NCBI GenBank assembly: GCA_017618055.1
Contig: JAFZVB010000014.1
Coordinates: forward strand, 263,663 to 327,662
Direction: 5' to 3'
DNA from: Clostridia bacterium
GTDB taxonomy: Bacteria > Bacillota > Clostridia > Christensenellales > CAG-917
DNA length: 64,000 nt
The translations under genes were made by a program, and so were the position numbers. Within the stretch, counting starts at the first letter, position 1. Every line of letters starts with the position of its first letter. The notes beneath the pieces were generated by a model. It did not search any database, was not told the DNA's origin, and worked only from the letters and a program-made list of their open reading frames with translations. This document shows, piece by piece, positions 10,501 to 19,306 of this stretch.

Positions 10501-12109
10501 GACATGCAATGGAACAAATGTAAGCATTTCTACAGTTGCAACACCTATTTACTATCCATTAATAGACTTAGGTCTTGTATGTATAACACATACACCAGTC
10601 TTCAAGGAAGTAAATAAAGAAGAAGTTCCTATTACATATTTAGATAGAGAAATGTACTACGAAACAAATGGTGCTGAATACTGGAATAAACATACTGTTA
10701 CTATTTCAGGATTACAAGCTGGAACAACATATAAGTTCAACATTTGGGGAACATATCAACCAAAGTCTGGCCCAACTGATTTAATCTCATTCCAATATAG
10801 AGATAGTAATGATTTACTTAAATTCACTACCCCAGATTCTACTGCTACAGAATTCACATTCTTAGCAATAGCGGATATCCAAGGTATGACACCTTATATG
10901 TATGCAGAAACAGATAAGAAATTAAATGCTATCACTGACGATTTAGCAGTTAAAGGATATGACTTCGTACTTAATGCTGGTGACGTAACAGATAACTCAA
11001 AGAACTTCGTACAAATGCAATATGCATTTGATCTCACATCAGACTTCTTCTCTAACACAGCAATGTTCGTAACATCTGGTAACCATGAGAACGGAAGTTA
11101 TATGATGAATAGATTCTTTGATTACACTCTTCCAAATGTAATAACATACCCACAAACAGGTGAAACAGGATTGTACTATTCATTTAGATATGGCAATTCA
11201 TTCTTCCTTGTTTTAGATACAAATGATGCAACAAGTAGTGGTGGTCTTGGAGAAAAACAACTTGCATGGCTCACAGCTGAATTACAAGCTGCAAACAACA
11301 ATACTGCAATTAAGCACATATTCGTCTTAATGCACAAGTCTATGTTCTCTTGTGGTTCACATACAAAGGATCCAGAAATCTTAAAGATGAAAGAACAACT
11401 CGTTCCTCTCTTTGCAAATAACAATGTAGATATAGTATTTAGTGGTCATGATCACACATACTCTATTACAAACAAGATAGACAAAGACGGCAAGGTTACA
11501 ACAGGCAATGGTGTTATGTATATAACTCTTGGAACAATGGGAACAAAGTTCTATGAATACAAAGAAAGCGAAGATACAACCCCACTTCTCAATGCAAGTG
11601 AATCTATCTTCCATACATTAGATACACAAACATTTGCATATGTAACAGTTTCTGGAGATTCTGTAACCATTAACGGATACACATTCGCTGAAGATTCTCA
11701 TGGAGATTTGGTAGTTGTTCAAATCAAAGACCAACTTGAAACAGAAATCAAAACAAATGTAGCTATTGAAAATGGCTCATTAGGGAAAACAATCTATGCA
11801 GGATTCACATCACACAAAGCAATTGATGAATACAAGATAAGCGTACCACTTGGTTATAAAGTTGCATACTATGCAAATGGACAAGTATATTCATCCCTTA
11901 ATGATGTAAAAGTCAACGGTGCTAAGACTACTGTTGTAGTTAAAGCAGTTAACACAAAGACAGACGAAGAAATTGAGATAGATACAATAACACTTGAAAT
12001 CAAGAACTATTCTGCACTACTTGCAGTATGTATTGTAATACCAATCATAGTTGTTGGTGCAGCTGCTTGTGCTGTTGCTATTATATTTATCAAAAAGAAG
12101 AAAGCATAA
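7556..12109 (+). CDS. Large (1,517 aa) secreted, C-terminally anchored protein with two calcineurin-like metallophosphoesterase domains
   Basis: Start moved to ATG 7556, behind AAGGGAGA; the track's TTG start at 7523 lacks an RBS. Signal peptide MKLSFKSVTFILIIALLLAF...AFA. Domain 1 motifs: GHFSDLHY, SGDLSKNG, VPGNHD, GHMHAND. Domain 2 motifs: LAIADIQG, NAGDVTDN, SGNHE, VLMHKS, SGHDHTY; this domain is preceded by an FN3-like segment (ISGLQAGTTYKFNIWG), as in purple-acid-phosphatase-like enzymes. C-terminal TM helix plus KKKKA. Confidence 0.75.
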   Translation: MKLSFKSVTFILIIALLLAFCVSFGIIMSNGVAFADDTETKLSTVTIGHFSDLHYFPYQRGYTPADYGTDTAKYYDSEFYFSITGDTKLVEESAAVFDATCEEMYLAALDGELPQVFVASGDLSKNGEKDALADLANRLRLIQNDIRQIPGYENFQIVCVPGNHDLFNGSGAYYTKDNGKSYKSTALQGSEWALLFSGLGYPDNTMEQLTTVLPENYWSTDYGASTDTAAQRAITAGFTKAGISTYYRNSIAYKTTPFYGQYVQSNNANVYDIHYYNADLEYISENNTTMTAEQRRARYAKLEANEDDLKLNALSFYLTDSTNYSYVLFGIDASFRTAAKKKAYTPYIASDPTPVSGNTYYKFEYGKGFTELTLAQAQAIVADGGEVYVDSGLNHETGGKISLDCIDWMESVMNSLPAAADTGDEFTGMITVHQNLLEHWDKEGEILKDFTLYYYEYLVKRFLHMGIRYSFTGHMHANDVAYYTNAEGETFYDLETGSMISYYGPKHYISIERYKTNVSGKDGFAEKFILKNDILETFAYDLNGNGVIDDDEKEINYNDYSNKIIYLQLIDRVVGHFISDKMVDDLLGSVRDLFGPDGPLAGNSIIGSYAELLGKVAMSLIKQIRYDLDYTFDGVKYDNLVDYLYAVVDKVVSVEFGSESVGKMSLKQIAGFIAQAHAAGLEITTAVYNGTGTDYAFSTSSPEYVVNSPTDPVYRARFISAVQDFSSKCLDGSFVEFLVMSLLKPLYIDDNGLLKQVLNHTYNLTKDENGNDLSEAEKSQLNDLLALVQDIVIGDDEDIQIEINVEKFGPIGIINGLLPTILSLLDQYLGFALSGTDLYSIVDTFLDSYLVESFYVGIGGIADAILKGFATDDMPDYGDPTDSSVPKMLVTNNNRNGGKYTYISTIRDLEPSSQVNGMLPSIINGHFEDDNTYTITYYTNEEIFTSFALYSEDGTLIEKVEENENFFNPTFMSPNSDQLLAMTCNGTNVSISTVATPIYYPLIDLGLVCITHTPVFKEVNKEEVPITYLDREMYYETNGAEYWNKHTVTISGLQAGTTYKFNIWGTYQPKSGPTDLISFQYRDSNDLLKFTTPDSTATEFTFLAIADIQGMTPYMYAETDKKLNAITDDLAVKGYDFVLNAGDVTDNSKNFVQMQYAFDLTSDFFSNTAMFVTSGNHENGSYMMNRFFDYTLPNVITYPQTGETGLYYSFRYGNSFFLVLDTNDATSSGGLGEKQLAWLTAELQAANNNTAIKHIFVLMHKSMFSCGSHTKDPEILKMKEQLVPLFANNNVDIVFSGHDHTYSITNKIDKDGKVTTGNGVMYITLGTMGTKFYEYKESEDTTPLLNASESIFHTLDTQTFAYVTVSGDSVTINGYTFAEDSHGDLVVVQIKDQLETEIKTNVAIENGSLGKTIYAGFTSHKAIDEYKISVPLGYKVAYYANGQVYSSLNDVKVNGAKTTVVVKAVNTKTDEEIEIDTITLEIKNYSALLAVCIVIPIIVVGAAACAVAIIFIKKKKA

Positions 12110-12119
12110 TATGATTTAA

Positions 12120-14429
12120 ATGGACAACAAAGACGAAAAAAAGGTTCAGAATTTATCTTTAAGCGAACAAATCGTAAAGTATAGATACTTTATACTTATT
12201 GTTTTTGTTGTCCTAATTGTCCTTGCTGGAGTATTCCTCCCCAACATGATTAAAAAGGTAAACTATGATATTTCATCATATTTGCCTGAGGATTATAAAA
12301 CCACACAAGGATTTAAATTTTTATCTGATAACTTCAACATTTACGGAGATATTGAACTAGGTATTCACTCTACTGATGAGACAAAAGTAAAGAATGCTGT
12401 AGATAGAATTAAGAACGATGTTGAAGGTGTAACAATGTGTGCCTGGCAAGGAGACTTTGATGGACTAGATGGTGTTGTTCCTCCAGAAAAGGTTGACGAA
12501 TTAAAAGCAATCTTTAAGGATGGCAACGACTATCTAGTTTTAATTTCTCTAAAATATGGTTCATCTTCTAAAGAAGCCGTAGATAGATATGCGGATATTG
12601 TTGCAATTGTTGATCAAGAAGTAGGAGAAAATAGTTATGTTGCAACAGGTATGACATCGCAAGGTGCAGACCTATTCACTAACACTTTAGGTGAATTTTG
12701 GAAATATGCATTAATTGCCGTTGCATTTGTTATTGTAATTTTAGTTTTAACTACAAATTCAGTATCAGAGCCTTTGGTTTTAATATTGACAATTTTATTG
12801 TCCATATTAATCAACCTTGGAACGAATGCTATATTTAAATCCACTTCTATTGTTACATTCGCAATAACTGCGGTCTTGCAACTTGGTCTTACTATGGACT
12901 ATGCAATATTCTTGTTACATCAATATCGTGAAGAACTTAAAACAGAACTAGATCCAAAGAAAGCATTAACTAATGCCCTTCCAAAATCTGCAAAGGCAAT
13001 ATTTGCATCCGCCGCGACAACAGTTTGTGGACTCCTTGCACTTCTTGTCATGAAGTTCAGAATAGGACCAGATATTGGTATTTCTGTTGCTAAAGGTATT
13101 GTTCTTTCATTCTTAACAGTTATTTTCTTACAGCCATGTTTAATGTTGATGTTTGAAAAAGTTAGGGTTAAGACAACACACAAGTGTTTAGATTTCCATT
13201 ACAAGACACCAGTTAAACATTCTATTAAAGGAAAGAACATAATAGCATTAATCTTTATTCCTGTATTTATAGTTGCTTTACTTATTAATGTGGACTCAAT
13301 GCCTTGGTCTTTAAAATACACTTATGTCCACTTCACTAAAGACAAAGTTGTATCTGACGAACTTAAGAATGCACAAAGAATGTCTCTTGAGATGAACAAC
13401 CAAGTAATGGTTGCACTTCCTCTATATGAATGCGAGTATGATGAAGATGGTGAGATTTCAGATGTTATTTTATATTATGATGAACAATATGAATTCCTAG
13501 AAAAAATAAATGGCATGATAGACCGTGGAGATGTTAAATTCTCTCTAGGTTTATTCTCTATTTTAGATAAAGATACAGAAATTGAGTATGAGGGGTACAA
13601 TTTTGCTCTTAAGGATATTCTTAAATTAGTTATCCAATATCCAGACATTGTTCCAGAAGAGTATAAATCTATGTTTAACAGCTATATATCCAACGGATAT
13701 TCTATCTACACTGTTGCTATTGCAACAAAATATGATATAGAAAGCCAAGAGGCATTTGATTTATTAGATGAAATTGATGGATATGCTACAGAGGTATTAG
13801 GAGAATATGGCACAATTTATATGACAGGTTGTTTGCAAGGTGCTTATGACTTTGCAAAGGTAACTCCAACAGATAATATGTGGGTTTCTATTATTTCTGC
13901 AATAGCTATTTTTATAATCCTTCTCTTCACCCTACGTTCCTTTAAGTTCTCTGTTGCGCTTGTTGCTCTTATTGAATTAGGCATATGGATTAACTTGATA
14001 CTACAGTGGGTATTCTATGCAGGAACCATTAACTTTATGGTATATATTATAATTAGTGCGGTACAACTTGGTAGTACTGTAGACTATGCAATTTTAATTG
14101 CAACGAGATATAGAGAGCTGAGAAAGAGATTTGAACCACGTCAGGCTGCGTATATTGCCACTACAAAGTCTTCAATGGCAATCACGACATCTGCATTGAT
14201 TTTAGGCTCAGCGTGCTTCAGTGTGTCTTTAGTAACCTCTAACTTAATTGTTCAACAATTATGTGCACTTATTGCTCGTGGTGCAATCATTGCTGCCGTA
14301 ATAGTTATCTTTGTACTCCCTGCACTCCTGGTTGCAATAGACAGACCAAGAGGAAATGAGATTCACTTTGAAAGAACTCCAAATCTTAGAAAGTTTAAGT
14401 TTAAAAAGAAAAAGAAAGAAATTAATTAG
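12120..14429 (+). CDS. MMPL/RND-superfamily membrane transporter
   Basis: 769 aa. Two repeated blocks, each with about 5-6 TM helices after an extracytoplasmic loop (the duplicated MMPL/SSD-like architecture). Starts 10 nt after the metallophosphoesterase stop. Confidence 0.7.
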   Translation: MDNKDEKKVQNLSLSEQIVKYRYFILIVFVVLIVLAGVFLPNMIKKVNYDISSYLPEDYKTTQGFKFLSDNFNIYGDIELGIHSTDETKVKNAVDRIKNDVEGVTMCAWQGDFDGLDGVVPPEKVDELKAIFKDGNDYLVLISLKYGSSSKEAVDRYADIVAIVDQEVGENSYVATGMTSQGADLFTNTLGEFWKYALIAVAFVIVILVLTTNSVSEPLVLILTILLSILINLGTNAIFKSTSIVTFAITAVLQLGLTMDYAIFLLHQYREELKTELDPKKALTNALPKSAKAIFASAATTVCGLLALLVMKFRIGPDIGISVAKGIVLSFLTVIFLQPCLMLMFEKVRVKTTHKCLDFHYKTPVKHSIKGKNIIALIFIPVFIVALLINVDSMPWSLKYTYVHFTKDKVVSDELKNAQRMSLEMNNQVMVALPLYECEYDEDGEISDVILYYDEQYEFLEKINGMIDRGDVKFSLGLFSILDKDTEIEYEGYNFALKDILKLVIQYPDIVPEEYKSMFNSYISNGYSIYTVAIATKYDIESQEAFDLLDEIDGYATEVLGEYGTIYMTGCLQGAYDFAKVTPTDNMWVSIISAIAIFIILLFTLRSFKFSVALVALIELGIWINLILQWVFYAGTINFMVYIIISAVQLGSTVDYAILIATRYRELRKRFEPRQAAYIATTKSSMAITTSALILGSACFSVSLVTSNLIVQQLCALIARGAIIAAVIVIFVLPALLVAIDRPRGNEIHFERTPNLRKFKFKKKKKEIN

Positions 14430-14772
14430 TTTGATTCTCTTTTATAATTTTTGAAACATAATCATGGATTTTGGGAATATCATTATTAGCACTATCCCAA
14501 ACTATCTCATAGTCTATTGAATCATAACAATGACCTATAATATCTCTCATCCCCTTAATATTTTTCCAGTCTATTTCGTTGTACTTATTTATCAATTCTA
14601 CACTAAGACGCTTAGCATATTCACCTACTTGAAATATATTAAATAAGACGATATCTTGCTTATCTCTATCAATCCAAAAATTATCCATAGTAACATTTGA
14701 TATGGTTTCAGTTACCCTATCGCAATGCTCTACTATTTTATCTAATATTAAAACATCATTTTCATTTAACAT
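14422..14772 (-). CDS. hepT: HepT-type HEPN toxin (DUF86)
   Basis: 116 aa. R-x4-H HEPN motif in MRDIIGHCY. 7-nt overlap with the upstream MNT gene. The 3' end overlaps the convergent MMPL gene by 8 nt. Confidence 0.8.
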   Translation of the reverse strand: MLNENDVLILDKIVEHCDRVTETISNVTMDNFWIDRDKQDIVLFNIFQVGEYAKRLSVELINKYNEIDWKNIKGMRDIIGHCYDSIDYEIVWDSANNDIPKIHDYVSKIIKENQTN

Positions 14773-15221
14773 AACTTAATCAAATCCTCCATCATTCTTT
14801 CTCTAAATATAGGATTCATTCTCGCAGAACTGAAAACCACATCCACGTCTTTTCCTAAAGCTGAAGATAATTCATTTATTAACCTTGAATAATCTATTAA
14901 AGTTTTTATATTTCCTTTTTCACAATAAATATCTATATCACTAGTTGTTCTTGCCTCACCTCTAGCGTACGAACCAAACAAATAGACTTCATATATGTTA
15001 TGAGAATTCAATATTGGAACAATAATAGATCTTATCTTTTTAATAGAGTAAATCTCTCTGTTAATGTCCTCTTTTATTAATCCATTAATATATTCAGTCT
15101 TGTTTTCTTGAGATTGAATTCTATTTAGAATATCTGTGTCCGTTTTTTTGACCCTAAATTGAAACATAGTATAGTTTTCCTTGTTGTATTTATCTATATA
15201 TTTTGCCTTGTTTGAATTCAT
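14766..15221 (-). CDS. mntA: MntA-type minimal nucleotidyltransferase antitoxin with an N-terminal RHH-like extension
   Basis: MNT motif LFGSYARGEARTTSDIDIY (GS-x9-11-DxD). The ~60-aa N-terminal extension (YTMFQFRVKKTDTDILNRIQSQENKTEYINGLIKEDI) has a strand-helix-helix pattern. Confidence 0.8.
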   Translation of the reverse strand: MNSNKAKYIDKYNKENYTMFQFRVKKTDTDILNRIQSQENKTEYINGLIKEDINREIYSIKKIRSIIVPILNSHNIYEVYLFGSYARGEARTTSDIDIYCEKGNIKTLIDYSRLINELSSALGKDVDVVFSSARMNPIFRERMMEDLIKLC

Positions 15222-15276
15222 TAGTCTATTCTCCTCAAATATATGATATCATATACATTATTTAATGTCAACAAGC

Positions 15277-15310
15277 AAATAAAATAAGGGGCTGAATTAA
15301 CAACCCCCTA
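15277..15310 (-). terminator. Rho-independent terminator ending the hydrogenase operon
   Basis: Minus-strand AGGGGG-N11-CCCCU hairpin followed by UAUUUUAUUU, about 25 nt after the hydA stop. Confidence 0.5.
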
Positions 15311-15333
15311 CTTATTATATTTAAATTAGGAAA

Positions 15334-17115
15334 TTAGAATAAGTCTCTTGGTACATACTTGGTATGGAGTACTTCATGTGCTCTGTGGCTATTTGGTTCT
15401 CCAAAGTATTCCTTGTATATATCTGTGACTTCTGGGTTAGCGTGTGATACACGTAAATCATAAGATGCATCCATTGAATAAATTGTGTTTGCACGGATTT
15501 CTTTAATATCCTTGCTGTTTCTAACGAATGCTGTCTTGATTGGTTGTCCACCACCGTTAACACATCCACCTGGACAAGACATGATTTCAATGAAATGATA
15601 TTTGCTTGTTCCAGCTTTAACTTCTTCCATTAACTTTCTTGCATTTGCAAGTCCACTTGCTACTGCTACATTAACATCTATTGAGCCACCATCTTTGAGT
15701 GGTACAGTATATGTTGCTTCCTTGATTCCTTGTGTTCCACGAACTTCCTTGAAATCTAAGGATGGTGCTTCCTTTCCAGCAAGAACTGCATAAACTGTTC
15801 TTAATGCTGCTTCCATAACACCACCAGTTGCACCGAAGATTAAACCTGCACCAGAACCAACTCCCATTGGTGTGTCAAACTTCTCTTCTGGAAGATTATC
15901 AAAGATAATGTTCATCTTCTTAATCATTCTTGCAAGTTCTCTTGTTGTTAATGCATAGTCAATGTCTGGATACTTCTCACCAGCTGCATTCATGTATGGT
16001 CTGCCTGCTTCGAACTTCTTAGCTGTACATGGCATAATTGATACAACAACCATATCCTTTGGATCTATTCCAAGTTTTTCTGCTAAATATGTCTTACAGA
16101 TTGCACCAAACATTCCTTGTGGTGATTTACAAGATGAGAGATGGTCTAATTCTGTTGGGAAGTTGTGTTCCATGAACTTAATCCATGCTGGAGAACAGGA
16201 TGTTAACATTGGTAATGTGCCACCCTTTGTTACTCTGCCAATAAATTCTGTTCCTTCTTCAAGAATTGTAAGGTCAGCTGTGAAGTTTACATCAAATACG
16301 TTCTTGAATCCGATTCTTCTTAATGCTGCAGCCATCTTTCCTTCAACGTTTGCACCAATTGCTGTGCCGAATTCTTCACCGAGTCCTACTCTTACAGATG
16401 GAGCTGTTCCTACTACTACATACTTTGTTGGATCTGCAAGTGCTTTTAATACATCATTGACTTGATCCTTTTCATGTAGAGCACCTGTTGGACATGCAAC
16501 GATACATTGTCCACAGTTTACACAAGCTGTATCTCCAAGGTTCTTCTCAAATGCAGAACCAATGTGTGCATAGAATCCTCTTCCGTTTGCACCAATTACT
16601 GAAACAGATTGATATTCACGGCAAGCTGCTACACAACGTCTACAAAGAACACACTTGTTGTTGTCTCTTACAATTGCAGGAGATGATTCATCAATTGGAT
16701 ATTCAATTGTTTCACCACCAGCAAATGCATGATAGTCACAATCATATTCGTTGGATAATTCTGCGAGTTCGCAGTTTCCATTACGAATACAGCTTAAACA
16801 CTCTTTCTTGTGGTCTGAGAGTAAGAGTTCAATTGTCTTCTTTCTATATTCTCTGATTTGTGGAGTGTTTGTTTTGATATGTATTACTGGGAATCTTGGG
16901 TCTGCTGAAATTGGGTATACACAAGCTGCAACTAAACCTCTTGCACCTTCAACTTCACATAAACAGATACGACAAGCTCCGATTTCATTTAATCCTTTAA
17001 GATAGCATAATGTTGGGATCTTGACACCAGCTTTGAAAGCAGCATCAATAACCTTTGTACCTTCTTCAACTTCTACATCTATGCCATCAATATTTACCTT
17101 AATCATATTAGCCAT
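15334..17115 (-). CDS. hydA: [FeFe]-hydrogenase catalytic subunit (HydA/HndD-like, bifurcating type)
   Basis: N-terminal 2Fe-2S ferredoxin fold, a His-ligated cluster region and two CxxCxxCxxxCP ferredoxin motifs. H-cluster motifs present: TSCSPAW (L1 variant), MPCTAKKFE (L2), EIMSCPGGCVNGGGQP (L3). Confidence 0.9.
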   Translation of the reverse strand: MANMIKVNIDGIDVEVEEGTKVIDAAFKAGVKIPTLCYLKGLNEIGACRICLCEVEGARGLVAACVYPISADPRFPVIHIKTNTPQIREYRKKTIELLLSDHKKECLSCIRNGNCELAELSNEYDCDYHAFAGGETIEYPIDESSPAIVRDNNKCVLCRRCVAACREYQSVSVIGANGRGFYAHIGSAFEKNLGDTACVNCGQCIVACPTGALHEKDQVNDVLKALADPTKYVVVGTAPSVRVGLGEEFGTAIGANVEGKMAAALRRIGFKNVFDVNFTADLTILEEGTEFIGRVTKGGTLPMLTSCSPAWIKFMEHNFPTELDHLSSCKSPQGMFGAICKTYLAEKLGIDPKDMVVVSIMPCTAKKFEAGRPYMNAAGEKYPDIDYALTTRELARMIKKMNIIFDNLPEEKFDTPMGVGSGAGLIFGATGGVMEAALRTVYAVLAGKEAPSLDFKEVRGTQGIKEATYTVPLKDGGSIDVNVAVASGLANARKLMEEVKAGTSKYHFIEIMSCPGGCVNGGGQPIKTAFVRNSKDIKEIRANTIYSMDASYDLRVSHANPEVTDIYKEYFGEPNSHRAHEVLHTKYVPRDLF

Positions 17116-17126
17116 AAGTCACCTCA

Positions 17127-18917
17127 CTATTCTTTAACGATTGCGTTAAACTTACAATTTGTCATACAGAGTCCGCACTTAATGCACTTGGATTGATCAA
17201 TTGTATGCTTCTCTTTAACTGTTCCACTAATTGCTTTAACTGGGCAGTTTCTAGCACATAATGTACATCCCTTACATGCATCTGTAATTGTGTATTGAAC
17301 TAAGTCTTTACATACGTGGCATGGACACTTCTTGTCTACGATGTGTGCAATGTACTCATCCTTGAAGTACTTGAGTGTAGATAATACTGGGTTTGGAGCT
17401 GTTTGTCCAAGAGCACAAAGTGAGTTAGCTTTAATGAAGTAACAGAGTTTCTCCATATCATCTAAATCTTGTAATGTTGCTTTACCACTTGTAATCTTAT
17501 TTAAGTATTCAAGTAATCTCTTTGTACCAATTCTACATGGTGTACACTTACCACAACTTTCATCAACTGTGAATTCAAGGAAGAACTTAGCGATATCAAC
17601 CATACAGTTGTCTTCGTCCATAACGATCATACCACCAGAACCAACGATTGAACCAATTGCTGCGAGTGATTCGTAATCAACTGGAGTGTCAATTAATGAT
17701 GCTGGGATACATCCACCTGATGGACCACCAGTTTGAACTGCTTTAAGTTTCTTTCCGTTTGGACATCCACCACCGATATCATAAATGATCTTTCTTAATG
17801 GAGTTCCCATTGGGATTTCAACTAAACCTGTGTTTGTAATCTTTCCACCAAGTGCGAATACCTTTGTTCCTTTGGACTTCTCTGTTCCCATTGCTGCGAA
17901 CCAGTCTGCACCCTTGAGAATGATTTGGCAGATATTTGCATATGTTTCAACGTTATTTAAAACTGTTGGCTTTCCGAACAAACCTTTGTTTGCTGGGAAT
18001 GGTGGACGTGGTCTTGGTTCACCTCTCTTACCTTCAATAGAAGTCATAAGAGCTGTTTCTTCACCACATACGAATGCACCTGAACCTAAACGGATGTCTA
18101 AGTCAAAGTCAAATCCACTGTCTAAGATATTCTTACCGATAAGTCCATATTCTCTTGCTTGTTTAAGAGCAATTTGTAATCTTTGAACTGCGATAGGATA
18201 TTCTGCTCTAACATAAATGTAACCTTGGTGTGCACCAATTGCATAAGCACCGATTGTCATTGCTTCAATAACAGAGTGTGGGTCGCCTTCAAGAACTGAA
18301 CGATCCATGAATGCACCTGGGTCACCTTCGTCAGCATTACATGCAATATACTTTTCTTCGCCAACTGCATTACGGCAGAATTGCCACTTTAATCCTGTTG
18401 GGAATCCAGCACCACCTCTTCCACGAAGTCCACTATTCTTGATAACATCAATAACTTCTTGTGGTGTCATTGTTTGTAATACTTTGATTAATGCTTGATA
18501 ACCATCGTATGCGATATATTCGTCAATATTTTCTGGGTTAATAACACCACAAAGACGAAGTGCAATACGAGTTTGTTGCTTGTAGAAGTTTGTGTCAGAT
18601 AAAGCACGAACTGTTTCAGCTGTAGTTTCACTCTTCTCTTTGTAAAGGAGACGTTGTACTAAACGACCTTTAATGAGGTGTTCTTCAACTATGTCTTTTA
18701 CATCTTCTACTTTTACGAATGAATAAAATGCTCCTTCTGGATAAACAACGCAAACTGGTCCGTTAGCACAGAGGCCGAAGCAACCGGTTTTAATTATGGC
18801 TACATCGTTTTCTAGTCCACGTTCTTTAATGAGCTTTTCAAATTCTGCAGCAACTGCTGGTGAATTATTAGAAGTACAACCAGTACCACCACAGATTAAA
18901 ACTGTATTTCTATACAT
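17127..18917 (-). CDS. hydB: NuoF-like NAD(P)H-binding flavoprotein subunit (HydB/HndC-like)
   Basis: 596 aa. N-terminal thioredoxin-like 2Fe-2S domain, then GLRGRGGAGFPTG (FMN/NADH site), an SLBB/4Fe-4S region (CGKCTPCR) and two C-terminal ferredoxin-type CxxCxxCxxxC motifs. Confidence 0.9.
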   Translation of the reverse strand: MYRNTVLICGGTGCTSNNSPAVAAEFEKLIKERGLENDVAIIKTGCFGLCANGPVCVVYPEGAFYSFVKVEDVKDIVEEHLIKGRLVQRLLYKEKSETTAETVRALSDTNFYKQQTRIALRLCGVINPENIDEYIAYDGYQALIKVLQTMTPQEVIDVIKNSGLRGRGGAGFPTGLKWQFCRNAVGEEKYIACNADEGDPGAFMDRSVLEGDPHSVIEAMTIGAYAIGAHQGYIYVRAEYPIAVQRLQIALKQAREYGLIGKNILDSGFDFDLDIRLGSGAFVCGEETALMTSIEGKRGEPRPRPPFPANKGLFGKPTVLNNVETYANICQIILKGADWFAAMGTEKSKGTKVFALGGKITNTGLVEIPMGTPLRKIIYDIGGGCPNGKKLKAVQTGGPSGGCIPASLIDTPVDYESLAAIGSIVGSGGMIVMDEDNCMVDIAKFFLEFTVDESCGKCTPCRIGTKRLLEYLNKITSGKATLQDLDDMEKLCYFIKANSLCALGQTAPNPVLSTLKYFKDEYIAHIVDKKCPCHVCKDLVQYTITDACKGCTLCARNCPVKAISGTVKEKHTIDQSKCIKCGLCMTNCKFNAIVKE

Positions 18918-18934
18918 AATTTCCCCTCCTGCTC

Positions 18935-19306
18935 CTATTCGTTTGTAATTAAGAATTCTTTACAAACACTTCCATTGACTATGTGATCTTGTACGATCTT
19001 TTTTGCTTTCTCTGCGTCTACATGGACATATGTTGTTTTTTCTTGACCTGGTACAAATACTTCTACGATTGGTTCAAGTTTGCACATGCCTAAACATCCA
19101 CTTCTTGTTACCTTAACACCTTTAAGATTACGTTTTGCAACTTCATCAATAAGTGTGTTGTAGACTGGTCTTGCACCTGCAGAAATACCACAAGTTGCCA
19201 TTCCGACTACGATACGAGTCTCTTGATTGTCATCTGTGTTGTCACGCATGATGATTTCAGACTGCATCTGATCTCTGATTTTCATGATATCAGCGATACT
19301 CTTCAT
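18935..19306 (-). CDS. Thioredoxin-like [2Fe-2S] ferredoxin (HndB-like)
   Basis: 123 aa with the Cys pattern MATCGISAG...GCLGMCKLEP, typical of NuoE/HndB-fold 2Fe-2S proteins. Confidence 0.7.
   Translation of the reverse strand: MKSIADIMKIRDQMQSEIIMRDNTDDNQETRIVVGMATCGISAGARPVYNTLIDEVAKRNLKGVKVTRSGCLGMCKLEPIVEVFVPGQEKTTYVHVDAEKAKKIVQDHIVNGSVCKEFLITNE

Noticed and set aside
15321-15590. 89-aa minus-strand ORF overlapping the 3' end of hydA in another frame
   Set aside because: It is entirely contained in the hydA region, whose own frame encodes the conserved C-terminal hydrogenase segment. It has no independent signals.
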